From assembly GCA_963806435.1 (NCBI GenBank), contig CAWEBD010000157.1, positions 26,809 through 90,808 of the forward strand: 64,000 nt of DNA. The letters are read 5' to 3'. Under the pieces are notes generated by a model that worked only from the letters and a program-made list of their open reading frames with translations, did no database searches and was not told the origin of the DNA. Position numbers and translations under genes: made by a program. The first letter of the stretch is position 1; the number at the start of each line of letters is the position of its first letter. This DNA is from an uncultured Bacteroidota bacterium. Lineage in GTDB: Bacteria > Bacteroidota > Ignavibacteria > Kryptoniales > JAKASW01. Shown piece by piece: positions 42,612 to 52,962 of this stretch.

Positions 42612-44105
42612 ATGATGCTTGGCGAACTCATCAAAAACGTTTCGGTAACGGAAGTCGTCGGTGACGTGGACAGAGAGATTACCGAAATCGTGTATGACTC
42701 CCGCAAGGTTAAGGAGGGTTCGCTGTTCATCGCGCTCAGAGGAGCTCAGTTTGACGGGCATCGCTTCATCGTAGATGCCGTAGGTAGCGGCGCGAGCGCG
42801 GTCGCGGTCGAGGACAATAGTATCGTCAATGACGACTACTTCCTCTCTCACCACACCACTAAACTACTTGTCCCCAGTACCCGCCGCGCTCTTGCGCTTA
42901 TCTCCGCCAATTTCTACAAGCATCCCGCCGAACGCCTCAAGATCGTCGGCATAACCGGCACGAACGGAAAGACGACGAGCACGTACCTTATCAAGGCGGT
43001 CCTGCAATCTGCCGGCGAGAAAGTCCTTCTGGTCGGTACTATCGACTACATGTTCAACGACAAGGTCATCGAAGCCGCAAGCAACACAACTCCGGAATCG
43101 TTCGACCTCCACAGGCTGATGGCTTCATCGATCGAGCGCGAAGCGACCTGCGCAGTAATGGAAGTATCTTCGCACTCACTCGTCATGGATCGGGTTTACG
43201 GCATACCTTTCAAGGCAGCCCTGTTCACGAACCTCACGCAGGACCATCTCGACTTCCACCAAACGATGGAGGAATATTTCAAGGCGAAGAAGATACTGTT
43301 CGACAACCTCCGGCCGGAAAGCTTTGCGGTCGTGAACATAGACGACAGCTACGGCAAACGAATAATTGCCGACACGCGCGCGAGAAAAGCATTATACGGA
43401 TTCGATCCGGCAGCTGATTTCCGTATAGTCGAGTCGGAATTCAGCGCGGCGGGAACCGCCATTACGATTCGTAATGACGGGAGGAATTTCGCCATTGACT
43501 CCAAACTGGTCGGAAAATTCAACGCTTACAATCTTACCGGCGCGTTTGCAGCTGCTGTAAGTCTCGGCTACAGCCCGTCGCTCGCCGCGAAGGCACTGGC
43601 TGGGGTCGAAAATGTGAAGGGACGCTTCGAGCGGATCGATTCGGGAAAAGGGTTTGTCGTCGTGGTCGACTACGCCCACAGCCCGGACTCTCTCCAGAAG
43701 ACACTTCAGGCCGCCAGAGATATACTGACTGCCGCCGACAAAGGGGGGAGACTCATCTCGGTCTTCGGCTGCGGAGGAAACCGCGACCGGACGAAGCGCC
43801 CCAAGATGGGGAGAATATCCGAAGAGCTGAGCGACTTTACGATAGTGACATCCGACAATCCGCGTTTCGAAGATCCGGAAGCAATCGCGGATGAGGTCCT
43901 TGCCGGCACGACCAAAGAAAGCGACAGAGTTATTAAGATCGTCGACAGGCACGAGGCAATTCAGGAGAGCCTGAAAAGAGCCCGGCCGGACGATATAGTC
44001 GTTCTTGCTGGGAAGGGACACGAGGACTACCAGGTTGTGAGAGACGTAAAAATCCATTTCGACGATCGCGAAGAAGTCGAGAAAGCGCTGGGTTTGAAGA
44101 GTTGA
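42612..44105 (+). CDS. murE: UDP-N-acetylmuramoyl-L-alanyl-D-glutamate--2,6-diaminopimelate ligase
   Basis: GITGTNGKTT and the DNPR motif of meso-DAP-adding enzymes. Confidence 0.95.
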   Translation: MMLGELIKNVSVTEVVGDVDREITEIVYDSRKVKEGSLFIALRGAQFDGHRFIVDAVGSGASAVAVEDNSIVNDDYFLSHHTTKLLVPSTRRALALISANFYKHPAERLKIVGITGTNGKTTSTYLIKAVLQSAGEKVLLVGTIDYMFNDKVIEAASNTTPESFDLHRLMASSIEREATCAVMEVSSHSLVMDRVYGIPFKAALFTNLTQDHLDFHQTMEEYFKAKKILFDNLRPESFAVVNIDDSYGKRIIADTRARKALYGFDPAADFRIVESEFSAAGTAITIRNDGRNFAIDSKLVGKFNAYNLTGAFAAAVSLGYSPSLAAKALAGVENVKGRFERIDSGKGFVVVVDYAHSPDSLQKTLQAARDILTAADKGGRLISVFGCGGNRDRTKRPKMGRISEELSDFTIVTSDNPRFEDPEAIADEVLAGTTKESDRVIKIVDRHEAIQESLKRARPDDIVVLAGKGHEDYQVVRDVKIHFDDREEVEKALGLKS

Positions 44106-45496
44106 TAACGATTGACGACATACGCGGTATCAAAGGCGTGGCCTTAATGAACCTGAATTTCAGGAACGCACGCGGAGTGTCGACCGATTCCCGCAGTGTT
44201 TCGCGCGGACAGATATTCTTCGCATTGAGGGGTGAAAGGTTTGACGGGCACTCGTACGTTTCCGATGCGATCGGGAACGGGGCCGTCTGCGCCGTGGTCG
44301 ACAGGAAGTGGCACCGGTCGCTCAGGAATGCTGTCCCACAGCCGCTTGTCGTGGTTGACGACACGACACGGGCGCTTGGAGAGCTTGCCCGGATTTACCG
44401 GAGGAAATTTGACATACCCCTCGTCGCGGTCGGCGGCTCGAACGGCAAAACGACGACCAAAGAAATGGTTGCCGGAGTGCTGTCGAGGAAATATAAAGTC
44501 GCAAAGACTACCGGGAATCACAATAACCAGATCGGCGTCCCGCTTACGATACTCAATTTCAAGAAATCGCATGAGGCGGCGGTGGTCGAGATCGGCACGA
44601 ATCATTTCGGCGAGATCGAACGCCTGTGCGAAATACTGGAGCCAAACGCCGGACTGATCACCAACATAGGCAACGAGCACCTCGAGTTTTTCAAAAGTCT
44701 ATCCGGTGTCGGAAAAGAAGAGGGAAAGCTCTTCAAATACCTGGCAAAGACGAACGGAACGGCATTCGTCAATCTGGACGATAAGCGTCTATTAGGTCTA
44801 TCCGGGTCGACGAAGCACAGGTTTACGTACGGCTTTCAATCCGGACCACGTAGAAACCTGTCCGGGCGTTTATTCGGATTCGATTCGAGAGGCTGCGCCC
44901 TGTTCGAAATAAAATTCGAAGGGAGGACAGAGCTTGTTCATCTGAAAGTCCCCGGAATCCACAACGCGATGAACGCGCTCGCAGCCGCCGCGGTTGGATT
45001 CCGTAACGGCGTCGGCCACGCGGACGTGAAGCGGGCGCTCGAGACCATCAGGTCTTATGAGAAAAGAATGCAGGTATTCAGGAAAGCCGGCGTCACGATT
45101 CTCAACGACACATATAATTCCAATCCGGAGTCTGCGATCGCGGCGCTCAAGTGGATGTCGATGGTGCGATCGAACGGAAAGAGAATCGCCGTATTGGCGG
45201 ACATGCTCGAGCTCGGGGGGGCGTCGAAGCGTGAACATCAGAAAGTCGGTCAAGCAGCTGCCAGGGAAAAGGTTGATTATCTTCTTACGTTCGGAAAGAT
45301 GGCGCGCGAGATTGCCGGCGCCGCGGACCGAAAAGTGGAAACCGAATCTTTCTCCGACAAGCGTCAACTCTCCGGGAAGCTTCTTCAGATTGTTTCATCC
45401 GGCGATGTAGTAATGGTGAAGGGTTCGCGCGGGATGAAAATGGAAGAAGTAGTCGAGGCTCTGATGAACGGACTTGAATCCGGGAGGGCGCGGTAA
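44102..45496 (+). CDS. murF: UDP-N-acetylmuramoyl-tripeptide--D-alanyl-D-alanine ligase
   Basis: GGSNGKTTTKEM, plus dcw position. Confidence 0.9.
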   Translation: MITIDDIRGIKGVALMNLNFRNARGVSTDSRSVSRGQIFFALRGERFDGHSYVSDAIGNGAVCAVVDRKWHRSLRNAVPQPLVVVDDTTRALGELARIYRRKFDIPLVAVGGSNGKTTTKEMVAGVLSRKYKVAKTTGNHNNQIGVPLTILNFKKSHEAAVVEIGTNHFGEIERLCEILEPNAGLITNIGNEHLEFFKSLSGVGKEEGKLFKYLAKTNGTAFVNLDDKRLLGLSGSTKHRFTYGFQSGPRRNLSGRLFGFDSRGCALFEIKFEGRTELVHLKVPGIHNAMNALAAAAVGFRNGVGHADVKRALETIRSYEKRMQVFRKAGVTILNDTYNSNPESAIAALKWMSMVRSNGKRIAVLADMLELGGASKREHQKVGQAAAREKVDYLLTFGKMAREIAGAADRKVETESFSDKRQLSGKLLQIVSSGDVVMVKGSRGMKMEEVVEALMNGLESGRAR

Positions 45497-46605
45497 TGCT
45501 GTATTATTTATTTGACCTGCTTGAGAGACAATTTCATCCGCCGGGCTTCGGCGTCTTCAAGTATATCACCTTCCGGTCCGCGCTCGCGGCGCTGACCGCG
45601 CTGTTTATCAGCTTCGTCATCGGGCCGATGGTAATTAAGAAGCTGCACAAGCACCAGATCGGTGAACAGGCGAAGGTGGAGGGACCGAAATCCCATCTGT
45701 CGAAGGCCGGGACGCCGACGATGGGAGGAATCATTATCCTCGGCTCCGTAATCGTGCCGCTTTTGCTCTGGGGTGATCTGACCAACCCATACGTGCTTCT
45801 TATCCTGCTCATAACATTCTGGCTCGGCGTCCTGGGCTTCACGGACGACTATATGAAGGTTGTGAAGAAGAAACGCAAGGGGTTGATCGCCAGGTACAAG
45901 CTGATCGGGCAGATTACTATAGGCCTTCTCGTGGGAGCGGCGTTATATTTTTCTCCCCAGCTTCACCCATTCAATTCAATAACGACGGTACCTTTCTTCA
46001 AGAATCTGAATTTCGATTACGGGTACTTCTATATACCGGTAGTGATCTTCATTATCACTGCCACGTCGAACGCGGTGAACCTGACGGACGGGCTGGACGG
46101 GCTCGCGATCGGGACGGTTGGCATCACCGCACTGACGCTGGCGCTGATGTGTTACGTGTCCGGGAACATCGAATTTAGCCGGTATTTGAATATTATTTAC
46201 CTGCGCGGCTCGGGGGAGCTAACGGTCTATTGCTTCGCGCTCGTGGGCGCGTCGCTTGGGTTCCTCTGGTACAACACCTATCCGGCACAGGTCTTCATGG
46301 GCGACACCGGCTCGCTCGCGCTCGGAGGAGCGATCGCGGGGATATCCATAATGATCAAGAAGGAATTGGTTCTTCCGATTATCGGCGGGATCTTCGTCGC
46401 CGAGGAGATCTCGGTGATACTCCAGGTACTCTATTTCAGGTACACGAAGAAGAAGTACGGAGAAGGAAGGCGCATTTTCAAAATGGCGCCGTTGCATCAC
46501 CACTTCGAACTCGGCGGCGTATCGGAGCCGAAAATAGTGACAAGATTTTATATCGTGGGGATTCTCCTCGCGATTTTGAGTTTAACGACGTTCAAGGTGA
46601 GATAA
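45496..46605 (+). CDS. mraY: phospho-N-acetylmuramoyl-pentapeptide transferase
   Basis: PTMGG, NAVNLTDGLDGLA. Confidence 0.95.
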   Translation: MLYYLFDLLERQFHPPGFGVFKYITFRSALAALTALFISFVIGPMVIKKLHKHQIGEQAKVEGPKSHLSKAGTPTMGGIIILGSVIVPLLLWGDLTNPYVLLILLITFWLGVLGFTDDYMKVVKKKRKGLIARYKLIGQITIGLLVGAALYFSPQLHPFNSITTVPFFKNLNFDYGYFYIPVVIFIITATSNAVNLTDGLDGLAIGTVGITALTLALMCYVSGNIEFSRYLNIIYLRGSGELTVYCFALVGASLGFLWYNTYPAQVFMGDTGSLALGGAIAGISIMIKKELVLPIIGGIFVAEEISVILQVLYFRYTKKKYGEGRRIFKMAPLHHHFELGGVSEPKIVTRFYIVGILLAILSLTTFKVR

Positions 46606-46606
46606 G

Positions 46607-47962
46607 TTGGGCAAACCCGAAAAAATAAAGTCCGCGAGTGTGTCGGTTCTCGGAGCCGCGAGGAGCGGTATTGCGGTCGCCAAACTCCTGAAGGCCCAGG
46701 GGGCTGGCGTTTTTGTGAGCGACAAGAAACCCCGGGAAGAGGCGGCCCAGCAGATGCAGCTTCTCGACGGAATCGGTGTTGAATACGAATTCGGATCGCA
46801 TTCCGACAGGCTGTTCGACGCGGATTTCATGGTGGTAAGCCCCGGCGTGCCGTCAAATCTCAACCTGGTCCAGCATGCGATGAAGGTCGGACTGAACGTC
46901 TACAGCGAAGTCGAAGTCGCTTCGTGGTTCTGCCGCGCCCCGATCGTCGCCATCACAGGCTCCAATGGGAAGACAACCACGACGACACTGATTGGAAAGA
47001 TATTCGAGAAGTCCGGCCGCAAGACGGTCGTCGCGGGCAACATCGGCTATCCGATCTCGGATTACGTGGCCGAAATGGATGAAGATGCGGTCGCCGTTCT
47101 CGAAGTGTCAAGCTTCCAGCTGGACCATGTGGACACTTTCAAGCCGAAGGTCGCGGTCCTGCTCAACATTACTCCGGACCATCTCGACAGGTACGAGAAT
47201 TACCAGGCGTACATGAATTCCAAGTTCAGAATTTTCATGAACCAGTCGGCTGACGACACGTCGGTGTACAGCCACGACGATGACGCTGTCGATAAGCACT
47301 GCCGGGATCTGCAAACCATCCGGAAGCCGTTCAGCGTCAAAGAGAGAATCGAATGCGGTGGATTCGAGGAGAACGGGAAAGTATACCTTGTCGAGAACGG
47401 CGAGCCCGTTCACCTGATAGACTCGAAGGAGATCAGGATACGTGGAGTGCACAACCTGTATAACTCGATCGCGTCCGCTTTGGCGGCGAGGGCCCTTGGA
47501 GTACCGTCTGAAGTCATCGCCGACACGCTTCGTGAATTCCCGGGCGTTGAGCATCGCCTCGAGCCAGTGCGGGAGCTGGCCGGAGTGAAGTACATCAACG
47601 ATTCCAAGGCGACCAATGTAGACGCGGTCTGGTACGCGCTCGGAAGTTATGAATCGCCGATCGTCCTGATAGCCGGCGGAAAAGACAAAGGCAACGACTA
47701 TTCCCCGCTCTTCGAGCCCGTGAAGAAGAAAGTGCGGGCCATGATACTGATCGGATTGGCGGCCCCGAAGATGCAGAAGGAGTTTGCCGACAAGACAAGA
47801 TGCATAATGGCGGCGTCGATGGAAGACGCGGTCGCAAAAGCCCGGCGCGAAGCAAAGAAGGGCGACGTGGTACTCCTCTCACCGGCATGCGCAAGCTTCG
47901 ACATGTTCCAGGATTACGAACATAGAGGAAGAGAATTCAAAAGACTGGTGATGGAGCTGTGA
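46607..47962 (+). CDS. murD: UDP-N-acetylmuramoylalanine--D-glutamate ligase
   Basis: ITGSNGKTTTT. TTG start. Confidence 0.95.
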   Translation: MGKPEKIKSASVSVLGAARSGIAVAKLLKAQGAGVFVSDKKPREEAAQQMQLLDGIGVEYEFGSHSDRLFDADFMVVSPGVPSNLNLVQHAMKVGLNVYSEVEVASWFCRAPIVAITGSNGKTTTTTLIGKIFEKSGRKTVVAGNIGYPISDYVAEMDEDAVAVLEVSSFQLDHVDTFKPKVAVLLNITPDHLDRYENYQAYMNSKFRIFMNQSADDTSVYSHDDDAVDKHCRDLQTIRKPFSVKERIECGGFEENGKVYLVENGEPVHLIDSKEIRIRGVHNLYNSIASALAARALGVPSEVIADTLREFPGVEHRLEPVRELAGVKYINDSKATNVDAVWYALGSYESPIVLIAGGKDKGNDYSPLFEPVKKKVRAMILIGLAAPKMQKEFADKTRCIMAASMEDAVAKARREAKKGDVVLLSPACASFDMFQDYEHRGREFKRLVMEL

Positions 47963-49185
47963 GGCACACAATCGCAAATACTCAGAACCAGGGACCGGAA
48001 ATTACCGATACCGGCAAGAAGACCGTCAAGCCGGCGGACAAGTGGTTCCTCTTCGCGGTTCTTTCGCTGATGTTCATGAGCCTCGTCGTCGTCTACAGCG
48101 CGAGCGCCTTCTGGTCGGAACTGAAATTCCAGAACCCGGCTTACCTCCTGCGGAGTCATCTCTTCAAAGTACTGATCGGGATGGTACTGATCTTTGTCGT
48201 GGCGAAATTTGATTACCACAAATATGAAAAATACGCCTTTCACCTGGTGGTCATTTCGGCATTTCTGCTCCTGGTGGCGATAGGGCAGCGGGTGATTATA
48301 AAGGGAGCTGCAAGGTGGATACATCTCGGAATCTTCAGCTTTGAGCCTTCTGAGATTGCCAGGATCGCGATTCTCTTCTTCACCGCGGCATATCTCGCGC
48401 AAAATGCCGAAAAATTGCACGATTACAGGAATTTGACGACCCCCATTGTTGCCACGGCCGTCATAGCGGGACTGATCGTCCTGCAGCCAAATTTCAGCAC
48501 AGCTTTGATGATTTTGGCGGTGGTGGGCGTGATGTTTCTGGCAGGAGGCGTCCGAAAGACGCATTTTGCGGCGCTTTTGGGCGCCGCCCTGGCCATCGGC
48601 GCGGTGGTTCTCGTCTTTGAGTCCTACCGGGTTCACAGGATCGAGATGTGGATGCATCACGGTGCCGGGAATTACCAGGTGCGCCAATCGATAATCGGCT
48701 TCGGCAACGGCGGGATATTCGGAGTCGGCCCGGGCAATAGCAGGCAGAGGAATCTTTTCCTTCCTGAGTCGTACGGCGATTTCATCTATTCGATAATCGG
48801 CGAGGAGTATGGCTTGTGGGGATCAGTGTTGGTCCTGTTAATGTTTCTCTTCATCGCGTTCCGTGGGACGGCAATCGCGAAAAGGGCGCCGGACAGGTTC
48901 GGTTACCTTCTCGCCACCGGGATCACGAGCGCGATTTGTTTCTACGCGTTTGTGAACGCAGGCGTCGCGATCGGGCTATTCCCAACAACCGGGTTGCCGA
49001 TGCCGTTTGTCAGCTACGGCGGAACCGCCATGATAATCAACTCGTTCGCCGTCGGGATTTTGCTCAATGTTTCAAAACAGGTTCCGGATTTGCAGGAGAC
49101 ACAGGCGGTTCCCGTCCAACCAAAACAGTCGAAGAAGCTTAAGGTGAGGAGTAGTGAACCTGTCGTTGGGAGGATATACAGCTGA
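47959..49185 (+). CDS. ftsW: SEDS-family peptidoglycan polymerase/cell division protein FtsW
   Basis: Polytopic SEDS-like protein at the dcw position. Confidence 0.9.
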   Translation: MRHTIANTQNQGPEITDTGKKTVKPADKWFLFAVLSLMFMSLVVVYSASAFWSELKFQNPAYLLRSHLFKVLIGMVLIFVVAKFDYHKYEKYAFHLVVISAFLLLVAIGQRVIIKGAARWIHLGIFSFEPSEIARIAILFFTAAYLAQNAEKLHDYRNLTTPIVATAVIAGLIVLQPNFSTALMILAVVGVMFLAGGVRKTHFAALLGAALAIGAVVLVFESYRVHRIEMWMHHGAGNYQVRQSIIGFGNGGIFGVGPGNSRQRNLFLPESYGDFIYSIIGEEYGLWGSVLVLLMFLFIAFRGTAIAKRAPDRFGYLLATGITSAICFYAFVNAGVAIGLFPTTGLPMPFVSYGGTAMIINSFAVGILLNVSKQVPDLQETQAVPVQPKQSKKLKVRSSEPVVGRIYS

Positions 49186-50273
49186 TGATACGTATAGTGT
49201 TCGCGGGCGGTGGAACCGGCGGTCACGTGTTTCCCGCTGTCGCAATAGCGGAAAGGCTGATGACAACGAAAGACGTCGACGTTATGTTTGTCGGAACGAA
49301 AAATAAGATCGAGGCGCGCATCGTACCGCAGCTCGGCTACAAGTTCCGCGCGATATGGATCGGCGGTTTCTCGAGGAAGTTCAGGTTCTCGAACTTCCTG
49401 CTGCCGTTGAAGATCGTGGTGTCGGTGATGCAGTCGCTGAAGCTGCTGCTGACGTACAGACCGCACGTCGTGGTCGGCACGGGCGGCTATGTGTCGGGAC
49501 CGGTGTGTGCGGCGGCGGTGATGACGAGGACGCCGATCGTTTTACAGGAGCACAACAGTTATCCCGGAGCGATGACGAGGTTGTTCGCGCCGTTCGCGCG
49601 CGAGACCCACATTGCATTTGAGTCATCGAGAAGGTATTTTCGTGTGCGCCGCAGTTTGTACCTGACGGGAAGCCCGGTCAGAAAAATGCCGAGAGTGAAG
49701 CGAGAGGAAGCGCTGAGCTTCTTCGGCCTTCGCGCTGAGAGAAGAACACTCCTTGTTACCGGCGGCAGTTTGGGAGCGGTAAAACTCAACAGTGCAGTAT
49801 CAAAAGTCGTTGACGAGTTAATAAGCCGCAAATACCAGTTGATATGGCAGACAGGCTCGGTTGATTACGAGAGAATCAACGAGAGCCAAAAAAATCATCC
49901 GGATTATATCCGGGTTGAGAAATTTGTGGAGCGAATGGATTACGCCTACGCGGCGGCTGACATAGCTGTCTGCAGGGGCGGCGCAACCACTGTCGCTGAA
50001 CTTATCTACTTCAACCTACCCGCACTCATCGTCCCCTATCCTTTCGCGGCGGCGAATCACCAGGTGGAGAATGCGCGCTCGCTCGTGGCGAGCGGAGCGG
50101 CTGTCATGGTGCTGGAATCCGAAGCGGACGCAAAATTCCGGAAAGAACTTCTCGCCCTCCTGGACGACGCGTCGCGGCTCCCGGCAATGCGCGAGAAAAT
50201 CCGCGCACTGTCACATGAAGACGCCGCGGACGTGATCGCCAAATCCGTATTGAGGATCGCCACAAATGCGTAA
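49185..50273 (+). CDS. murG: undecaprenyldiphospho-muramoylpentapeptide beta-N-acetylglucosaminyltransferase
   Basis: GGTGGHVFPA. Confidence 0.95.
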   Translation: MIRIVFAGGGTGGHVFPAVAIAERLMTTKDVDVMFVGTKNKIEARIVPQLGYKFRAIWIGGFSRKFRFSNFLLPLKIVVSVMQSLKLLLTYRPHVVVGTGGYVSGPVCAAAVMTRTPIVLQEHNSYPGAMTRLFAPFARETHIAFESSRRYFRVRRSLYLTGSPVRKMPRVKREEALSFFGLRAERRTLLVTGGSLGAVKLNSAVSKVVDELISRKYQLIWQTGSVDYERINESQKNHPDYIRVEKFVERMDYAYAAADIAVCRGGATTVAELIYFNLPALIVPYPFAAANHQVENARSLVASGAAVMVLESEADAKFRKELLALLDDASRLPAMREKIRALSHEDAADVIAKSVLRIATNA

Positions 50274-50760
50274 ACATTTCAAACGAAGATTCGAATTTTA
50301 CTACCAATCGGTCGCCGTTTACGCGATAGCGCTCATAATATATGCCGTCGTACGAGGGACTTTCGCCGAGAGCGAGTTCAGGCTCGTCTTCAAGGACCCG
50401 ATCGTTTACGCTTTCATAATGGTCCTGGCGTACTCGGTCATAGTCCTTGTCTTCAATATGCTCTACCAGAGGGACATCGTCGTCACCGACGATTCGATAA
50501 TCCTTCAGAACAGGTTCGATAGCAAGGAGATAAAGCTTTCCGAGATCGAATGGGTTCGCGTCGGCAAGGCGAAACGGATGAAGGTTCGCGGCAGCTTCCG
50601 GGTGATCAAACTTAAAATGAAAAACCAGATGCGGGCCGTGCGGATCAACCCTGTCCACTTCCACGACGAAAGGGGAATGACGGAGGCTTTCAAAGAGCTC
50701 AGCCAGAAAGTGGGCTCGCCCGCCGAAACCCGAAGGGTGAAGGAGAGCGGACATGTTTAA
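50266..50760 (+). CDS. hypothetical membrane protein (2 TM plus PH-like soluble domain) embedded in the dcw cluster
   Basis: 164 aa. Overlaps the murG stop by 8 nt and the murC start by 8 nt. Two hydrophobic helices are followed by a basic beta-rich domain. Confidence 0.6.
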   Translation: MRKHFKRRFEFYYQSVAVYAIALIIYAVVRGTFAESEFRLVFKDPIVYAFIMVLAYSVIVLVFNMLYQRDIVVTDDSIILQNRFDSKEIKLSEIEWVRVGKAKRMKVRGSFRVIKLKMKNQMRAVRINPVHFHDERGMTEAFKELSQKVGSPAETRRVKESGHV

Positions 50761-52174
50761 GAGCGTGAGAAAAATACATATGGTCGGGATCGGCGGGATC
50801 GGCATGAGCGGCATAGCCGAGATACTGCTCGACCAGGGTTTTGAGGTGTCGGGTTCCGACCGGCAGTTGAGCGAGATAACGGAACGGCTGACAAAGCTGG
50901 GAGCGAAAGTCTACAAAGGTCACGCGGCGAAGAATCTCGACGAGGCGGATGTCGTCGTCTACTCGTCGGCGGTCCACCAGGACAACCCGGAACTTATCGC
51001 CGCTTCGGAGAAAAAAATTCCCGTGATACGCAGGGCAGAAATGCTCGCGGAACTCATGCGGATGAAATACGGCATCGCGATCGCCGGCACGCACGGCAAG
51101 ACGACGACGACAAGCATGACGAGCCTCGTCCTAATGGAGGGCGGGCTCGACCCGACGGTAATCGTCGGAGGGAAGCTTTCGAGTTTCGGCGGGACCAACG
51201 CGCGGCTTGGACATGGCGAGTATATCGTCGTCGAGGCGGATGAATTCGACCGGTCGTTCCTCCAGCTTACGCCTGTAATAGCCGCGATAACCACGCTCGA
51301 GCGAGAGCACCTCGATATCTACACCGACCTCGAAGATATCAAACGGGCGTTCGTGGAATTCGCGAACAAGGTCCCGTTCTACGGATTTGTAATCCTGTGC
51401 CTGGACGAGCCTTCGATCCAGGAGATACTTCCGCTCATAAGAAAGAAAGTGGTCACATACGGACTCAACGCGCAATCAGACCTGCGGGCCGTGAATATCT
51501 CGTTCCATGAGAGCATGAGCACGTTCAATCTCCTGCGGCACGGCAAAGATCTTGGAGAGATCAGGTTGAAAGTCCCCGGTCTGCATAACATAAAGAACGC
51601 GATGGCGGCCGTCGGCATCGGCCTCGAACTCGGAATAGATTTCCGGGAGATCAAGAAGGCCGTGGAATCTTTCACGGGCGTCTACAGGCGCCTCGAAATA
51701 AAAGCCGACACTAACGGGGTGATGGTGGTCGACGACTACGCGCACCATCCGACCGAGGTGAAAGCCACGCTGTCGGCGTTGAAGTCGGGCTGGCCTCAGA
51801 AGAGGGTGGTCGCGGTATTTCAACCCCACCTCTATTCGAGGACGAGAGATTTTCACGACGAGTTCGGCAGAAGCTTCCTCAACGCGGATGTCCTTATCGT
51901 GACGGAGGTATATGCCGCCCGCGAAGAGCCGATACAGGGAATCACCGGCGAGCTCATAGTGAACGACGCCAGGTCATTCGGGCACAAAGAAGCGTATTAC
52001 GTCCAGGACAAGAAACAACTTCCCGAGTTCCTGGTGAAGACCCTGAAACCGGGCGACATCGTTGTGACTCTCGGCGCCGGCGACATCTCGAAATACGGCG
52101 ACGAGATTATTGGTCTGCTGTCCAAAGGATACGCCGGAAAAGGAAAGAGATCCCATCCAAAGGGCAAGAAATAG
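50753..52174 (+). CDS. murC: UDP-N-acetylmuramate--L-alanine ligase
   Basis: GIGGIGMSGIA, GTHGKTTTTSM. Confidence 0.95.
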   Translation: MFKSVRKIHMVGIGGIGMSGIAEILLDQGFEVSGSDRQLSEITERLTKLGAKVYKGHAAKNLDEADVVVYSSAVHQDNPELIAASEKKIPVIRRAEMLAELMRMKYGIAIAGTHGKTTTTSMTSLVLMEGGLDPTVIVGGKLSSFGGTNARLGHGEYIVVEADEFDRSFLQLTPVIAAITTLEREHLDIYTDLEDIKRAFVEFANKVPFYGFVILCLDEPSIQEILPLIRKKVVTYGLNAQSDLRAVNISFHESMSTFNLLRHGKDLGEIRLKVPGLHNIKNAMAAVGIGLELGIDFREIKKAVESFTGVYRRLEIKADTNGVMVVDDYAHHPTEVKATLSALKSGWPQKRVVAVFQPHLYSRTRDFHDEFGRSFLNADVLIVTEVYAAREEPIQGITGELIVNDARSFGHKEAYYVQDKKQLPEFLVKTLKPGDIVVTLGAGDISKYGDEIIGLLSKGYAGKGKRSHPKGKK

Positions 52175-52178
52175 GAAA

Positions 52179-52952
52179 ATGTTGAAAATCGACCGGACAT
52201 ATCTGAATCTTATACTGGTTGTCAGCGCGCTGACGGCACTCTTTCTTCTGTCCCAGAGCTGGAAGAAGCAGCTTACGGTCCAAAATGTCGAGGTCTATGA
52301 CACGCATATTCTTACAGGCGATGAGGTCAAAGATCTCGCTGATGTCCGGAACGGCAGCCCTCTTTACAAGCTGAGCCTGCTGAAAATCGAACAAAGGGTC
52401 GAGGGAAATCCGTTTGTCGACCGGGCGGTCGTAGCGCGCGCTCTTCCGTACGACGTGACCATCACGGTACAGGAACGCGATCCGATAGCCCTCGTTGCAA
52501 CGCAGACGTCCATGTTTTGTGCCGACGCCAGGGGTATCATCCTTCCGCTTCCCATGAAACGGAAGAACAATATGCCGGTCATCACGAATGTGGAGGGACA
52601 GCTTCAGGTCGGCGATACCGCCAAGGGAACCCTGATGCAGGGAGTGAATTTCATAAGCGACGCGCAGAAGTACGGTTCGGCTCTTAGCGCAAATATTGCC
52701 GAAGTAAGGCTCGACGGGAACAACCTGGTTGCCTACACGACAGCTTCGTCACTTCCCGTTATAATCGGGCATAAAGACTTTGAAAGAAAACTTCTCTATC
52801 TCCAGAAGTTCTTGACAGAGGTTGCCGGCAACGGCAATCCGGATTACAGCTACGTTGATTTGAGATTCGACGGTCAGATTGTGGTCGGTACCGGGTCGGA
52901 CAACGTTCAGAAGCAGATCGCGATGATGAGATCTGAAGGAAAAGAAAATTGA
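52179..52952 (+). CDS. ftsQ: cell division protein FtsQ (POTRA)
   Basis: TM helix followed by a POTRA-like VQNVEVYDTHILTGDEV. Start at the ATG at 52179, after the murC stop. Confidence 0.8.
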   Translation: MLKIDRTYLNLILVVSALTALFLLSQSWKKQLTVQNVEVYDTHILTGDEVKDLADVRNGSPLYKLSLLKIEQRVEGNPFVDRAVVARALPYDVTITVQERDPIALVATQTSMFCADARGIILPLPMKRKNNMPVITNVEGQLQVGDTAKGTLMQGVNFISDAQKYGSALSANIAEVRLDGNNLVAYTTASSLPVIIGHKDFERKLLYLQKFLTEVAGNGNPDYSYVDLRFDGQIVVGTGSDNVQKQIAMMRSEGKEN

Positions 52953-52962
52953 AGGTGTGTAA

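Noticed and set aside
47914-48687. 257-aa minus-strand ORF
   Set aside because: Antisense to ftsW. His/Arg-rich, no motif.
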